A stretch of 64,000 bases of DNA. Source: Chiloscyllium plagiosum. Its lineage: Eukaryota. The DNA is taken from NCBI RefSeq assembly GCF_004010195.1, contig NC_057716.1, positions 26,253,132 through 26,317,131 on the forward strand, in the 5' to 3' direction. Both the position numbers and the translations under genes were made by a program. The notes under the pieces were generated by a model, which saw only the letters and a program-made list of their open reading frames with translations, searched no databases and was not told the origin of the DNA. Of the stretch, positions 62,461 to 64,000 are shown piece by piece. Positions within the stretch are counted from its first letter, which is position 1. Every line of letters starts with the position of its first letter.

Positions 62461-63016
62461 CTGAACCTTCATCTACATAAAGTCCTTTCCAATGCCCTCC
62501 ATCATCTTTAAGACCTGCAAGCTCCCCTTATTCTCCATTAGTGTCAAAATAATTGCCTTGGCTTCAAATGACTTTACCCTGGTCTTTGCCACCACCTGTT
62601 CCCTCTGCTTGTATAAATCTGACCTATGCATTTCTTTCCCATTCTGCCACTGACTGCCACTCATCCATCTCCTGAAAAGGTCTACCTATTCCTCCCACCT
62701 TGTGAAGCTCCCTTGATCCCTGCCTGTTCCTGAAATCAAATCTCCTCACATGAATTGGTTTGAGATGGCCTTCTTGTGCCTGTGAACTTGAGCTGCTGAG
62801 AATTATGGAGTTTCTGACTTCCAAGGATTTCTGTGGGGGTGGAGGGGAGGGGAGTGGAGGGAGGGTGCGATGGTGAGGATATAATGGAAAACTGATACTT
62901 ATCCCATTGAGATGTAGTTATTCAGCCCCTACCTCTGTGCTGGAAGACTCTATTTCAATTCACCTACTCTGGAGGTGTACCGAAAAGACCACAAACAGTC
63001 AGAACAGAAGTAATCT

Positions 63017-64000
63017 GTAAGACCATAAGACATAGGAGCAGAAATTAGGCCATTCGGTCCATCAAATCTGTTCTGCCATTCAATCATGGCTGATAGGTTT
63101 TTCAATCCCATTTTCCTGCTTTTTCCCCATAACCTTTGATCTCGTTGGCAATCAAGCACTTATCTATCTTTGTTTTAAATATACTCCAAGACCTGGTCTT
63201 TATAGCCTTCTGTGGCAATGAATTCCACAGATTCACCACTCTCTGGCTAAAGAAGTTTCTCCTTATCTTAGTTCTAAAAGGTCTTCCCTTTACTTTGAGG
63301 CTGTGCCCTCGGGTCCTCATCTCTCCTGCCGTTGGAAACCATCTTCCTGACGTCCACTCTGTCCAGGCTGTTCAGTATTCTGTAAGCTTCAATTAAATCC
63401 CCCCCCCCCCCCCTCTCCCCCCAATCGTTCTAAACTCCATGGAATATAGTCCCAGAGTCCTCAATTGTTCCTCAAATGGTAAGCCTTTCTTTCCTGGGAT
63501 CATCCTCGTGAACTCCCTCCCAACCCACTTCAGGGCTAGTATATCTTTCTTGAGGTGTGGGGCCCAGAGACTTAAAAAGGCTCAGCAGTACACCCCTGCT
63601 TTTATATTCCAGTCCTCTCGAGATGAATGACACATTGTATTTACCTTTCTAATTACCAACTTATTCTGCAAGTTTACCTTAAGAGAAAGCTGGACTAGGG
63701 CTCCCAAGTTCCTTAGCACTTCAGAATTTTCTCCCCGTTTACAAAATAGTCCATGCCTCTTTTTCCTCCCAAAGTCCATGACCTCACAATTTTCCATGTT
63801 GTGTTTCAACTGCCACCTCTTTGCCCACTCTCCTAACCTAAATCTTTCTGCAGCCTCCCCGCCTCCTCAATAGTACCTGCCCCTCCACCTATCTTTGTAT
63901 CATCTGGAAATTTAGTCAGAATGCCCTCAGTTCCTTCATCCAGATCATGAATGTATAAAGTGAAAAGTTGTGGTCCCAACACTGACCCTTGTGGAACATC
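63017..64000 (-). mobile_element. CR1 LINE 3' part (continues beyond window)
   Basis: ORF 63102..63320: RTRGHSLKVKGRPFRTKIRRNFFSQRVVNLWNSLPQ; VPQGSVLGP at the window end; tail taagaccataagacatag. Confidence 0.9.

Noticed and set aside
15312-64000. Next PARD3B exon (GPTLGLKKSSSLESLQ, aPKC-binding region)
   Set aside because: Looked for by eye and not found; probably beyond the window.
1-64000. CRISPR arrays, operons, endogenous viral genes, rRNA
   Set aside because: No regularly spaced direct repeats, no long intact ORFs and no rRNA or viral signatures; this is eukaryotic intronic DNA.

Overview
Vertebrate genomic DNA, almost certainly elasmobranch (shark; HE1-type V-SINEs and CR1/HER1-type LINEs). 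The window is inside a large + strand gene that I identify as PARD3B (Par-3 family polarity regulator beta). Four phase-compatible coding exons (597-702, 4155-4260, 5269-5399, 15267-15311) splice to ...SKSMDLVADEGNVRSLAVLQS. They are followed by an intron of more than 48 kb; I could not find the next exon (GLKKSSSLESL). The rest is intronic and repeat-rich: HE1 V-SINEs, a second tRNA-derived SINE, DeuSINE remnants, CR1 LINEs (one near full-length), Rex1/Babar and L2 fossils, and a decayed two-gene PIF/Harbinger transposon. It also holds a Penelope-like element (PLE) with inverted pseudo-LTRs and a 13-bp TSD. The most notable signal is a dispersed set of short non-coding elements with minimal type I hammerhead ribozyme cores (CTGA.GA-stem II-GAAA). 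These are often paired as inverted hairpins, and one copy has its own 11-bp TSD, which suggests non-autonomous PLE-mobilised ribozyme retroelements. There are two assembly gaps and no prokaryotic features. All identifications are by eye and from recalled consensus sequences, not from database searches.
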